Under the pieces are notes generated by a model. That model ran no database searches, was not told the DNA's origin, and saw nothing but the letters and a program-made list of their open reading frames with translations. A stretch of DNA of 64,000 nucleotides from contig DRQF01000169.1 in NCBI GenBank assembly GCA_011369445.1, forward strand, positions 1,632 through 65,631. Direction: 5' to 3'. Position 1 is the stretch's first letter, and each line of letters opens with the position of its first letter. This document shows positions 54,982 to 64,000 of this stretch, piece after piece. The translations under genes and the position numbers were made by a program. The stretch is from Planctomycetota bacterium. GTDB lineage: Bacteria > Planctomycetota > GCA-002687715 > DRQF01.

Positions 54982-56610
54982 ATGAGTCTCTACCGAATCC
55001 CCGAACCGAGGAACGAACCGGTTCTCGCCTATGCTCCCGGATCTCCGGAGACCACGCGTCTCTCGGCGCGTCTCAAGAGCATGCAGGCCGAGGAAGCCGA
55101 GATCCCGATGGTCATTGATGGGAAGGATGTCACCACGGGTGACCTGAAGGACATCCGCCCGCCTCACGACCACCGTCGCGTCGTCGCGCGATATCATGCC
55201 GGCCAGTCGAGCCACGTCGAGGACGCGATCGCCGCGGCGAAGAGGGCGCAGCCCGCATGGCGAGCCTTGCCGTTCGAGCAACGCATCAGCGTCTTTCTCA
55301 AGGCGGCCGACCTGCTCGCCACGACGTGGCGGGATCATCTGAATGCCGCGACGATGATCGGCCAGAGTAAGTCTGTGCACCAGGCTGAAATCGATGCTGC
55401 GTGCGAGCTGATCGATTTCTTCCGCTTCAACGCGAAGTTCGCTGAGGAGATCTACAGGGATCAGCCGGCCTCGTCGCCTGGGATGTGGAATCGGATGGAG
55501 CAGCGCCCTCTGGAGGGGTTCGTTTACGCCGTGACGCCCTTCAACTTCACGTCGATCGGGGGAAACCTTCCGACCGCTCCGGCCATGATGGGCAACACAG
55601 TCGTTTGGAAGCCGGCATCGACGTCGGTGCTCTCTTCCTACTGGGTGATGCGGCTGCTCCAGGAAGCGGGGTTGCCCGACGGTGTCATTAACGTCGTCTA
55701 TGGCTCGGGGTCGGCCATCGGCTCGGTTCCGCTCCAAAGCCCAGACTTCGCGGGGGTCCATTTCACCGGTTCTACGGCGGTCTTCCAGGGAATGTGGAGA
55801 GAGATCGGCTCGAACATCGAACGCTACCGCGCCTATCCGAGAATCGTCGGCGAAACCGGGGGTAAGGATTTCATTTTCGCCCATCCCTCCGCCGATCCCC
55901 AGGCGCTGGCCGTGGCGATCGTTCGGGGCGCCTTCGAGTACCAGGGGCAAAAGTGCTCCGCTGCCAGTCGTGCCTACGTGCCCAAGAGCATGTGGCCGGA
56001 CGTTCTCGAGCGGGTGCGAGCGATGCTCTCGGAGATCCGCATGGGGCCAGTTGAAGACTTCTCCAACTTCATGAATGCCGTGATCGATCGCGCCTCGTTC
56101 GAAAAACTGCGGGGGGCGATCGACGAGGCGAAGGCGTCGTCTCACAGCAAGATCGTGGCCGGCGGCGAATACGACGACACCGAGGGCTACTTCATCAGGC
56201 CCACCGTCATCGAGACTTCGGACCCGGCCTATCGAACCATGTGCGAGGAGTTGTTCGGCCCCATCATCACCGTTTTCCCCTACGAGGACGCGCAGTTCGA
56301 GGCGACTCTCGATCTGTGCGACAGCACGTCTCCCTATGCCTTGACGGGGGCGATTTTTGCCCAAGATCGCTATGCCGTGGACACCGCTACCCGTCGCCTC
56401 GTCGACGCGGCAGGCAACTTCTACATCAACGACAAGCCGACGGGCGCCGTCGTCGGACAACAGCCTTTCGGAGGGGGAAGAGCGTCCGGGACCAATGACA
56501 AGGCCGGCAGCAAGATCAACCTGTTGAGGTGGCTGAATCCGAGGACCATCAAAGAAACCTTCGTGCCGCCCCACGACTTCCGCTATCCGTTCCTCGGTGG
56601 GGGCGAGTGA
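54982..56610 (+). CDS. pruA: L-glutamate gamma-semialdehyde (1-pyrroline-5-carboxylate) dehydrogenase
   Basis: Internal ATG of ORF 54685..56610, preceded by GGAGGA. The N-terminus is MSLYRIPEPRNEPVLAYAPGSPET. ALDH-type segments are FNFTSIGGN, VGETGGKDF and QGQKCSAASR. Confidence 0.85.
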   Translation: MSLYRIPEPRNEPVLAYAPGSPETTRLSARLKSMQAEEAEIPMVIDGKDVTTGDLKDIRPPHDHRRVVARYHAGQSSHVEDAIAAAKRAQPAWRALPFEQRISVFLKAADLLATTWRDHLNAATMIGQSKSVHQAEIDAACELIDFFRFNAKFAEEIYRDQPASSPGMWNRMEQRPLEGFVYAVTPFNFTSIGGNLPTAPAMMGNTVVWKPASTSVLSSYWVMRLLQEAGLPDGVINVVYGSGSAIGSVPLQSPDFAGVHFTGSTAVFQGMWREIGSNIERYRAYPRIVGETGGKDFIFAHPSADPQALAVAIVRGAFEYQGQKCSAASRAYVPKSMWPDVLERVRAMLSEIRMGPVEDFSNFMNAVIDRASFEKLRGAIDEAKASSHSKIVAGGEYDDTEGYFIRPTVIETSDPAYRTMCEELFGPIITVFPYEDAQFEATLDLCDSTSPYALTGAIFAQDRYAVDTATRRLVDAAGNFYINDKPTGAVVGQQPFGGGRASGTNDKAGSKINLLRWLNPRTIKETFVPPHDFRYPFLGGGE

Positions 56611-57377
56611 GAAGGGGATTGCGATGTCTCGCGGTCCTCATCGCGCTGGTGGCGGCGGCGATGGGGCAGGAGACGGGGCAGGCCGTGCGTCCGCCGGCGC
56701 CCCGTTTCCGCCTGCATTCGCGGGTCGAGCAGCTCACTGAAGGGCGCCGCATGCTGCTCGTCGTCGATCGGGAACTCGAGTTGCGACCTCTCGACGAGAA
56801 GGTCGTGAATCTCCGGTTTCTCGCCGTCTCGGGGACACTGATCTTGCCGGGAGCCTCGCGTCGTTTCGACACGCGGGAGAAGCCTCCGGCGAAGGGCGAG
56901 GACGCCTTCGCAGCGCGATGGCGTGCCGTCGTCAACCACGACTTGAGGCTCGGGTTGGATGACCGGAGTCGGCCGAAGTCTCTGAGCGGTCTTCCCGACG
57001 CCGCCGTGAAGTCGGGACTGAGCGAGGCCGTCCTACTGGATGATCTCGCGTCCTGGTTCGTCCCCAGGGCGCCCGCCGGGATGCCAATCCCCGGAGCCTT
57101 CGAGTGGAGCCGGGCTTTTCGGGCGGCCGGGCTCCCCGTGCGCCTCGACTTCGCGCTCGAGCCCGTTCAAGGTGGAGCCTATTGGAAGGCGAAAGGGACG
57201 CTTGTCGGACCGAGCGTGAAGAAGAGCGAAGGGAGACTGACGTTCGAGAGGCCCGACGGAGACTTGCTGCCGCCTCGCCTGGACATCTCCCTTCAGGCGT
57301 TGCTCGAGCAGCCCGCTGGAAAGGGCCGTTCCCGTCTCGTCACCTTGCGCGTGACGGGTTCCATTCGCCGTCTCTGA
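56607..57377 (+). CDS. Secreted hypothetical protein
   Basis: GTG 56607 overlaps the pruA stop (GTGA). The signal-like N-terminus is VRRGLRCLAVLIALVAAAMGQ. I recognised no family. Confidence 0.5.
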   Translation: MRRGLRCLAVLIALVAAAMGQETGQAVRPPAPRFRLHSRVEQLTEGRRMLLVVDRELELRPLDEKVVNLRFLAVSGTLILPGASRRFDTREKPPAKGEDAFAARWRAVVNHDLRLGLDDRSRPKSLSGLPDAAVKSGLSEAVLLDDLASWFVPRAPAGMPIPGAFEWSRAFRAAGLPVRLDFALEPVQGGAYWKAKGTLVGPSVKKSEGRLTFERPDGDLLPPRLDISLQALLEQPAGKGRSRLVTLRVTGSIRRL

Positions 57378-57410
57378 ACGCCTTGCGGTACGAAACGGTA
57401 CAATGGGGCC

Positions 57411-58013
57411 ATGGAGTCCATCCCCACGGATTCAGATGCCGATCACCTGACGAAGGAGATCGTGAAGCGCATCCAGGACGGAGACGGGTCCGCCTGGGAG
57501 GCGTTCTATGAACGGTTCCATGACGGAATGCTGCTCGCTATCCGGTGCCGTCTGGGAAGTGGACTGAGGACGCATCTACAGAGCGAGGACATCCTGCAGA
57601 GCGTCATGCTGGAGGCCCTCGGCGAGTTGGATCGATTCCGACCGCGGGGCCCGGGAAGTCTGAAGCACTTCCTTCATCTGCTCGTGACGAGGAAAATCCA
57701 AGATCGAGCCGACTATTTCGGCGCGGCCAAGCGCAAGGGGGAGGTTCCTCTTTCCGCGGCCATGATCGATGCGAGGGCACAGCCGGAGCCCGGCTACAAG
57801 GACGCGGAGTCCTTTGAGGTTCTCGAAGCCGCATTGAATCGACTGCCCGGGCGGATGCGCGAGATCATTCTTCTGAGACGTATTGACGGATTGTCGGGCG
57901 CCGAGGCTGCACGGGTCATGAAGATCAGCGACGATGCGGCACGCAAGCTCTTCTCCAGAGCGATGGCCCGCTTGGTCTCAATGATGAAATCACGGGGCGT
58001 GTCCGGTGGATGA
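57411..58013 (+). CDS. ECF-type RNA polymerase sigma factor (sigma-70 family, regions 2 and 4)
   Basis: 200 aa. The region 2-like segment is AWEAFYERFHDGMLLAIRCRL...EDILQSVMLEAL. The region 4 HTH is REIILLRRIDGLSGAEAARVMKISDDAARKLFSRAMARL. Confidence 0.85.
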   Translation: MESIPTDSDADHLTKEIVKRIQDGDGSAWEAFYERFHDGMLLAIRCRLGSGLRTHLQSEDILQSVMLEALGELDRFRPRGPGSLKHFLHLLVTRKIQDRADYFGAAKRKGEVPLSAAMIDARAQPEPGYKDAESFEVLEAALNRLPGRMREIILLRRIDGLSGAEAARVMKISDDAARKLFSRAMARLVSMMKSRGVSGG

Positions 58014-60291
58014 ACGCGACTTGGAAGACCTGCTTGCCGAGTTCATCGAGCGCAGAGAATCCGGGGAGTCACTCACCCGCGAGGCCTTTCTCTCGGAGCA
58101 CCCCCGATGGGGCCCCGACTTGGCGGCGGCTTTGTCCGAACTCGACCGGGCGGAAGCTTTGCTCGGAAGTGAAACGGCCACGCCGCAGGAGCGATTGGGT
58201 CCCTGGCGTCTCATTCGCCCCATCGGCCGGGGTGGGACAGGTGTCGTCTTCCAAGCGGAGTCGGTCGAGCAACCCGGCAGCGTTGTGGCGCTCAAGGTGC
58301 TTTCCATGGCCGCCGGGTTGGATCGCCGCGCCGTTACCCGATTCAAACGCGAGGGTGAGGCGCTCGCTCGCCTGAACGATCCGCGCATCGTTCGTGTCCT
58401 CGAGACCGGGGAGTCCGGGGGGAATCTATGGATCGCCATGAGTCTCGTCGACGGGCGCCCGTTGACGCGAATTCTCGAGGCAAAGGGCGACGCGTGGCGC
58501 GAGCTTCCCGGGTCGGGGGAGCGCGAATGCCGGGTCGCACGCTGGGTGGCTGAGCTCGCCCGCGCCGTCCACGGAGCCCACGAAGCAGGACTGTTGCATC
58601 GCGATATCAAGCCCAGCAACGTGATGCTCGATGGCGAGGGGCGTCCCGTCCTGCTGGATTTCGGCCTCGTGGGTGACGACGCGGCCGCAACCTTGACCCG
58701 CACCGGCGACATTCTGGGGACTCCGGCCTACATGGCCCCCGAGCAGATTCGCGGCGAGACCGTCGACCGTAGGACGGATGTCCACGCCCTTGGAGTCCTG
58801 CTCTTCGAGCTACTGACCGGACATCGGCCGTGGAGCGGACCGGACCCCCTCGGAGTCATGGAAGCCATCCAATTCCAGCCTCCGCCGTCTGTGCGATCTG
58901 AGACCCCTGGCATCTCCCGGGGGATGGAGGGGCTCGTGCGGGCGGCTTTGGCGGTGGACCCGGAGGACAGACCCTCCGATGCCCTCGCGTTTGCGGAGGA
59001 TCTGGAGCGGTTGGCGTCCGGCGAGCGACCTCGGATGACCGGGCCGCCATGGTGGCGCCGGTGGCGGCCGTCACGTCGGCAAGGGATCGCCATGGTGGTG
59101 CTCATGCTGGCCATCGCCGCCGGGGTCTTGGTCGAGTCGCTCGGCCGGAAGAGCTCGACATCGTCCCGCCCGGATCTCTCCCTCGATGATGCTTTGATCA
59201 GTTGGTTGGACGGTCGCGAGGACGAGGCCAGGTCACACATCAAGCGGCTTCTTGACGCGGGGAATGGCGGCCCCGAAGCCGATGTCCTCATGGCGAGGCT
59301 CAACGGCTCGATGCCCCCGGACTTCACAGGTTCCGCATGGGAAGACCTCTCCGTCGCGGAGCGACTGAGACTGGAGGGGCATGCGTCGGAGGCGATCGCC
59401 GCCTATCTGCGCTGCATCCAGCGACAGCCTCAATCCGTGCTTCCCGGTCTCCTTCTCGGCCTGCAGGCTCTCGATGAGGAACGACTGGACATCGCGGAAA
59501 GGGAGCTCGACTTTGCCGTGCGACGCATCCCCGGATCGGGAGCGCTTCGGAGGTTGAAAGCCAAGGTCCAATACCGCCGAGAGGAGTACGCGGCATCCGT
59601 CCGCACTCTCCGCTTGGCTCTCGAGAATGCGCCCGGTGATCCCGACCTTCTGCGTGACCTCGCGAGAGGTCTTTACATGGCGGGAAGGTTCGAGGAGGGG
59701 CTGGAAGTCGCCTGGAGGGCCGTGGACGAGGTTGGGAAGGAGGGGGAAAAGGGGCTCGTCGTTCTGGCCGCGCTCCTGGATCGGAACCAACGGCACGACG
59801 AAGCCGAGCGGATCCTGCGCTCCCTCGTGACGCGTCATCCGAAATCAGTTTCGTATCGCTACAATCTTGCCGTCTGTCTGGACTATCAGCACCGGAGCGA
59901 CGAGACGCGGCAGATCTTGGAAGGCATTCTGGACGAGGATCCCCAGCATCTGGATTCCCTGATTCTGCTGGCGAACCTGCATGCGGGGGCGAATTCCGAA
60001 TTCTGCCAGGGATGCAGGGACTTTTACCGAAGGTTTCCCCAGTTGCTGGACGCCCGCAGGGCAGAAGAGTACATCGCCCGGGCGTTTCGTCGATTGGGGG
60101 GACGAGTTCCCCGTGCGCAGGAAATCCTCATTCGGCTCACGCGCCGTATCGGTCGGGAGGAAGCGATGCAAAGGGTCGTTGACGAGATCGCCGAGAAGGT
60201 GAGGGAGCGGTACGGGAGTACGAGCGAAGGAGCGAAGCGGCTGGCCCGTCTGCGCGAGGCTCGCGTGGCTCTCGACGTTCCTCGCCAGTGA
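58006..60291 (+). CDS. Ser/Thr protein kinase with one TM segment and a C-terminal TPR domain
   Basis: 761 aa. The GTG start overlaps the sigma factor stop by 8 nt. Kinase motifs are GRGGTGVVF, VALKVL, HRDIKPSNVML, DFG and GTPAYMAPEQ. The TM segment is GIAMVVLMLAIAAGVLV, followed by TPR-like repeats. Confidence 0.85.
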   Translation: MDERDLEDLLAEFIERRESGESLTREAFLSEHPRWGPDLAAALSELDRAEALLGSETATPQERLGPWRLIRPIGRGGTGVVFQAESVEQPGSVVALKVLSMAAGLDRRAVTRFKREGEALARLNDPRIVRVLETGESGGNLWIAMSLVDGRPLTRILEAKGDAWRELPGSGERECRVARWVAELARAVHGAHEAGLLHRDIKPSNVMLDGEGRPVLLDFGLVGDDAAATLTRTGDILGTPAYMAPEQIRGETVDRRTDVHALGVLLFELLTGHRPWSGPDPLGVMEAIQFQPPPSVRSETPGISRGMEGLVRAALAVDPEDRPSDALAFAEDLERLASGERPRMTGPPWWRRWRPSRRQGIAMVVLMLAIAAGVLVESLGRKSSTSSRPDLSLDDALISWLDGREDEARSHIKRLLDAGNGGPEADVLMARLNGSMPPDFTGSAWEDLSVAERLRLEGHASEAIAAYLRCIQRQPQSVLPGLLLGLQALDEERLDIAERELDFAVRRIPGSGALRRLKAKVQYRREEYAASVRTLRLALENAPGDPDLLRDLARGLYMAGRFEEGLEVAWRAVDEVGKEGEKGLVVLAALLDRNQRHDEAERILRSLVTRHPKSVSYRYNLAVCLDYQHRSDETRQILEGILDEDPQHLDSLILLANLHAGANSEFCQGCRDFYRRFPQLLDARRAEEYIARAFRRLGGRVPRAQEILIRLTRRIGREEAMQRVVDEIAEKVRERYGSTSEGAKRLARLREARVALDVPRQ

Positions 60292-60310
60292 AGGACGTAC
60301 TGGGGTTTTT
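60285..60310 (+). terminator. Weak rho-independent terminator candidate after the kinase gene
   Basis: CCAGT-gaaggacgt-ACTGG (5-bp stem) is followed by GGTTTTT. The stem overlaps the stop codon at 60289-60291. Confidence 0.3.
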
Positions 60311-60337
60311 CGGGGCAAGTTCGCATAAACTGTCGCC

Positions 60338-61249
60338 ATGAAACGCATCATTCACATACACGGTGTCCCCATGGACCTGGGGGCCAACCTCCGCGGAGTG
60401 GACATGGGGCCATCCGCTCTGCGTATTGCCGGGCTCGTCCCGGCGTTGGAAAAGCTCGGGCACCAGGTGAGCGATCACGACGAATTGGGAATCCGAAGTC
60501 GTGTCGCCCTCCAGGTCAAGGACACGACCGCGAAGTACGTGGACGAAATCGCTCTCATCTGCGGTCGCCTCTGCGGGGAGGCCGAAAGGTCGCTCGCGGC
60601 GGGGGCGTGCCCCGTGTTCCTGGGAGGGGACCACTCGATCGCCACCGGAACGATTGCCGGCGTCTCCCGCCACTTTGCGGAGCAAAACGAGAAAGTTGGG
60701 CTCATCTGGTTCGACGCGCATGCGGACATGAATACTCCGGAGACGAGCCCGTCCGGGAACGTCCACGGCATGCCGCTGGCCACACTCTTGGGATACGGTG
60801 TCGGGGCCTTGGTGAACGTCGGAGCACCAGGCCCCAAGGTGGACCCCGCGAACGTCTTCGTCATCGGTGCGCGAGACATCGACGACCACGAGCGCGACAT
60901 CATCGCGAAGGCCGGCGTCAAGATCTTTTCAATGAAGGAGATCGATCTCGTTGGAATGGCCGAGGTGACACGGCGTGCCATCGAAGGCGCTTCCCGAGGG
61001 ACTGCCGGCATCCACCTGTCCTTTGACATCGACGGACTCGATCCCGAAATCGCTCCGGGCGTGGGGACGCCGGTAAGAGGGGGAATCAACTACCGCGAGG
61101 CCCACCTCTTCATGGAGTTGCTGGCCGACACGGGCCTTCTCACGTCGATGGACGTGGTGGAATTGAACCCCGTCCGCGACGTTGCGAATCGCACGGCGGA
61201 GCTCGTCGTCCATCTGCTTCAGAGCGCCTTTGGACGTCGAATTCTATGA
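60338..61249 (+). CDS. rocF: Arginase (ureohydrolase family)
   Basis: 303 aa. Diagnostic segments are GVDMGPSALR, FLGGDHSIATGT, WFDAHADMNTP, SGNVHGMPLA and HLSFDIDGLDP. Confidence 0.85.
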   Translation: MKRIIHIHGVPMDLGANLRGVDMGPSALRIAGLVPALEKLGHQVSDHDELGIRSRVALQVKDTTAKYVDEIALICGRLCGEAERSLAAGACPVFLGGDHSIATGTIAGVSRHFAEQNEKVGLIWFDAHADMNTPETSPSGNVHGMPLATLLGYGVGALVNVGAPGPKVDPANVFVIGARDIDDHERDIIAKAGVKIFSMKEIDLVGMAEVTRRAIEGASRGTAGIHLSFDIDGLDPEIAPGVGTPVRGGINYREAHLFMELLADTGLLTSMDVVELNPVRDVANRTAELVVHLLQSAFGRRIL

Positions 61250-61341
61250 GTTGCGGCGGGGCGTGGAGATTCGACAAACCTCTTGGCATTCCTGTCGCGA
61301 TTCGCCATGCTCTTCCCGTGCCTCCCGTCCCTGGATGATTG

Positions 61342-62898
61342 ATGGACCGTTACACTCGAGAAACCGCATGCTGGCTTGACCTGCGTTTCGATCGGCAGGC
61401 CTACGATTTCATGGGCAAGGCCTATGATCCGTATCAGCCCCTGTTCGGCTTGCGGACGGAGGATTGGAACGCTGAGCGTTTCCTTATGGTGTCCCGCTGG
61501 GCCAGATTGCTTTCCCTCCTCGAAGGCCTCCGTCCCGGTTCGTTCTTGGACGTGGGGGGGGCGGAAGGGCTCGTTGCGAATCTCGTCAGTCAAACTCTGG
61601 GGATTTCCGCGGTCAGCGTTGACCTCTCCCATCAAGCGGCTCTGAGGGCGAAGGAGTTTTTTCAGCTTCCGACGGCAGCTGCGGATTCGGCCCGACTCCC
61701 ATTTGCGGACGACGCCTTCGACGTGGTGTTCATGAGCGAGGTCATCGAGCACTTGGCTCATCCCGTCCGCAGTCTTCTCGAGGCCCGTCGCGTCGCTCGA
61801 CTCGCCGTCATCGTGACGACGGAGGCCTTTGCCGGGGACGAAGCGGCCAGGCAGGAAGAGCTGGACGAGCGCCGCCTTTCACCCCACATGGACCGGAGCA
61901 TCTTCTGCGAGGGAGATTTCGCGAAAATCCTCGCGCCGTGGCGCATTCTGACGGGGAACCAGTGTGCAAGACTCCCCGAGTCCATTCCCGGCGATCCCGC
62001 TCAGCGAGAAGCTGTGTTTGCCGATTCCCTGGCCGTGCACGAGATTCGTTGGCCGTCCCACGGAATCATTGCCGTGGGACTTGCTGACGATGTCGAGCCG
62101 CCATCCAACTGGTTCTCCATGAAGACGCTGAGGAGCCTTCTCCAGCGGCTCGAACCTCACGAGGCGCCGGCGGCGGTGCTCGACCCCGACGAGGCGATGG
62201 ATGAGGAATCTCTGCGGATGTTGCGTTGCCCGACTTGCCAGGGGGAACTGTCGCGCGATGGGCCGCGGAAGATCCACTGTTCCGGCTGTGGCGCGGAGTA
62301 TCCCGTCTACGCGGGAGTGCCGAAGATGCTGACTCCACCGGATGCCCCATTTGCCGAAACGCTACGATCCAAGCTGGAGCGGGAATCTCCCGGGCTCTCG
62401 GCAACGGATCTGGATGATCTTCTTTCTCTCTCGGAGCGCCTGCGATTCGAGCTTCCGGAGCCCTTGCGGGCCACGTCGTTCCTGAAAGGCGACGCGGCTG
62501 GGTGGGAGTTTCAAAACGCCTTGAGAGTCGATGACGAACACGAGGGCGGAGGCGTCGTCGTGCGGGCGACGGATCGCGATCCGATGCTGCTGTCACCACG
62601 ACTGAGAATCCCGCTTTCTCGGTTGAAGCGCGTCAAGGTGCGTGTCGCTTGCGCGGAGTCGCAGGAGGCTTCCGAGTTCCTTCAGATCTATTTCTGGAGT
62701 TTGAAGAAGCCGGTTTGGTGGGAGCTCGGATCAGCGATTGCCGAGTATCCGACCGACGGCGTCGAGCGGGAGATCGTCTTGGATATTCCCCCGCATTTTC
62801 ACGACATCCCGGACGACGAACTCATCCGACTGCGGGTTGATCCGGGCCATGGACCCGGTCGATACGCGATCCGATGTCTCGAGTTGCTCACGGAATGA
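61342..62898 (+). CDS. Class I SAM-dependent methyltransferase fused to a Trm112-like zinc ribbon and an unrecognised C-terminal domain
   Basis: ORF track starts at TTG 61339; the ATG is at 61342. The SAM-binding motif is FLDVGGAEG, followed by FDVVFMSEVIEHL. The zinc ribbon is LRCPTCQGEL...IHCSGCGAEYPVYAGVPKML. Confidence 0.75.
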   Translation: MDRYTRETACWLDLRFDRQAYDFMGKAYDPYQPLFGLRTEDWNAERFLMVSRWARLLSLLEGLRPGSFLDVGGAEGLVANLVSQTLGISAVSVDLSHQAALRAKEFFQLPTAAADSARLPFADDAFDVVFMSEVIEHLAHPVRSLLEARRVARLAVIVTTEAFAGDEAARQEELDERRLSPHMDRSIFCEGDFAKILAPWRILTGNQCARLPESIPGDPAQREAVFADSLAVHEIRWPSHGIIAVGLADDVEPPSNWFSMKTLRSLLQRLEPHEAPAAVLDPDEAMDEESLRMLRCPTCQGELSRDGPRKIHCSGCGAEYPVYAGVPKMLTPPDAPFAETLRSKLERESPGLSATDLDDLLSLSERLRFELPEPLRATSFLKGDAAGWEFQNALRVDDEHEGGGVVVRATDRDPMLLSPRLRIPLSRLKRVKVRVACAESQEASEFLQIYFWSLKKPVWWELGSAIAEYPTDGVEREIVLDIPPHFHDIPDDELIRLRVDPGHGPGRYAIRCLELLTE

Positions 62899-63874
62899 TC
62901 GATGCTCGGTATCCCACCGGGATCATTCTCTGCTTCGGATGATTCGTCATGACATAGAAGCGTCCGACGGCCCGACGCACTCTCCGCACGGGCTTGATCG
63001 TGACGTCCACGCGATACTTCTTCCCGGCCTCGATTTCCTGGATGGTGGAGCTGATCTGTTTATCCGTGCAGACGATCTTCTTGATTTCGAGCGGGGTTCC
63101 ATCCGTGCACTCCACCGTGACCGATACGGTCTTGCTCTGGCCCGACGGGACGGCACCGAATGAAACCCGGTCGGGAGAGATCCTGACCGGTCCCTGAACA
63201 CGGGCGCTCACGGTGAGTTGGTCGAGCTCACGGATCTTGCATCGCATTCGCACCTGGACCGCGCCAACGAAGGTCGAGGTGGGAAGCTTGGGGCCCAGGC
63301 GCACATGGACAACGTACCCGTGTTCGCCGTCCACGTCGCCAAAAGGCTCCGATCGGGCCTCCAGGTGCCCCGACGTCGTCTGCACGCGCGCCAAGGGGAT
63401 AGCGTGTCCGGGCAGAACATGGACGCGAAAGGTCAGCTCGGGCGTCGCTCCCTCCTCGACGACCCCGAAATTCAGGCTCCGGGTCGAGAGCCACCACAGG
63501 GGCTGAACGGTTCCCCGCACCGGAAACATGACCTTCGTCTTTCCGTCGGCGTTGCTCTCGATGTACACGTACTTATGGATCTTCCCGGAGACCCGGCCGG
63601 TGTTCAGTGAGAGTCTTAGTTGCGTGGACGTGCCGGGGGCGATCGTCCGAGCGTCGATCTTTGCGCCGACACATCCGCAGGTCACGCCGACCTTCTTGAT
63701 GACGAGATCGGCGTCACCAAGGTTCTTCACGACGACGGTCTTCTTCTCGACCTCACCCTGCAACCTGTCGCCGAAATCCCATTCCTTGGCGTCGAGTTGA
63801 ATGACCGCCTTCTGAGCGAGGCCGGGGGTGACGAGAAGCAGGGCGCCGACGAGCGCTGGGAGTAAACGGTGCAT
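62888..63874 (-). CDS. Secreted DUF1573 domain protein
   Basis: ORF 62888..63895. The start is either 63874 (MHRLLPALVGALLLVTPGLAQ) or 63895. WDFGDRLQGEVEKKTVVVKNLGDADLVIKKVGVTCGCV matches the DUF1573 pattern. The 3' end overlaps the convergent methyltransferase gene by 11 nt. Confidence 0.75.
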   Translation of the reverse strand: MHRLLPALVGALLLVTPGLAQKAVIQLDAKEWDFGDRLQGEVEKKTVVVKNLGDADLVIKKVGVTCGCVGAKIDARTIAPGTSTQLRLSLNTGRVSGKIHKYVYIESNADGKTKVMFPVRGTVQPLWWLSTRSLNFGVVEEGATPELTFRVHVLPGHAIPLARVQTTSGHLEARSEPFGDVDGEHGYVVHVRLGPKLPTSTFVGAVQVRMRCKIRELDQLTVSARVQGPVRISPDRVSFGAVPSGQSKTVSVTVECTDGTPLEIKKIVCTDKQISSTIQEIEAGKKYRVDVTIKPVRRVRRAVGRFYVMTNHPKQRMIPVGYRASIIP

Positions 63875-64000
63875 GGCATGGGACCTCCGGGGCATGGTCT
63901 TATCTTAGAAGCCTCGGCCGCGCGGACAAAGCGCTGGCGAAACAAGCGGCCAGGCTCCCCCCCAGGTCAGAGGAGATCCTCGATGTCGACGCGCGGCCGT

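Noticed and set aside
57371-57410. ECF-type autoregulatory promoter (TGAAC...CGGT) immediately upstream of the sigma factor gene.
   Set aside because: There is only a 33-nt gap. The TGAAC overlaps the preceding stop codon, and the putative -10 does not match the CGTC/TCTRA-type consensus. The match is too weak to report.
63967-64000. Minus-strand ORF end at the right window edge (...RPRVDIEDLL-stop, stop codon at 63967-63969).
   Set aside because: Only about 10 codons are visible. Third-position GC looks coding-like, but nothing can be said about the product, so I did not list it as a feature.

Overview
High-GC bacterial chromosome segment, densely coded, with about 53 protein genes that I can support. 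I found no rRNA, tRNA, CRISPR array or obvious mobile element. The content is mostly housekeeping: ruvA, ffh, rpsP, maf, carA, purA, uppS, cdsA, phoH, ybeY, kdsA, rluD, pruA and an arginase. These sit among features typical of Planctomycetota-like genomes: three eukaryotic-type Ser/Thr kinases with different sensor fusions, three FGE-sulfatase (SUMF1-type) domain proteins, an ECF sigma factor translationally coupled to a kinase, a DUF1573 protein, a CRTAC1/ASPIC protein, and a TPR protein with tandem RpoA alpha-CTD domains. The taxonomic guess is inference only. Operon-like blocks are tupABC (tungstate ABC transporter), ctp-larB-carA, purA-uppS-cdsA-phoH-ybeY-kinase, kdsA-lipid kinase-FGE-FGE, and rluD-prkA-yeaH-spoVR-PAP2-wHTH-secreted protein. 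Many genes overlap by ATGA or GTGA. The most interesting observation is a thioredoxin-fold/CxxCH/PDZ protein at 4039-5298. Its only in-frame interruption is a TGA exactly at the first Cys of the CxxC motif, followed by a perfect hairpin, which makes it a candidate UxxC selenoprotein that an ORF caller truncates. Other notable items:
- a PhhA homolog with a Tyr in place of an iron-ligand His;
- a frame-switching gene remnant next to it;
- an EndoIII-like protein with a histone-H1-like Lys/Ala tail;
- a secreted protein that combines RS-rich 21-bp repeats, GKPGV 15-bp repeats and an extremely Tyr/Trp-rich block.
The ORF track treats GTG and TTG as Met, so I re-evaluated many starts by hand. The many long antisense ORFs are high-GC artefacts.
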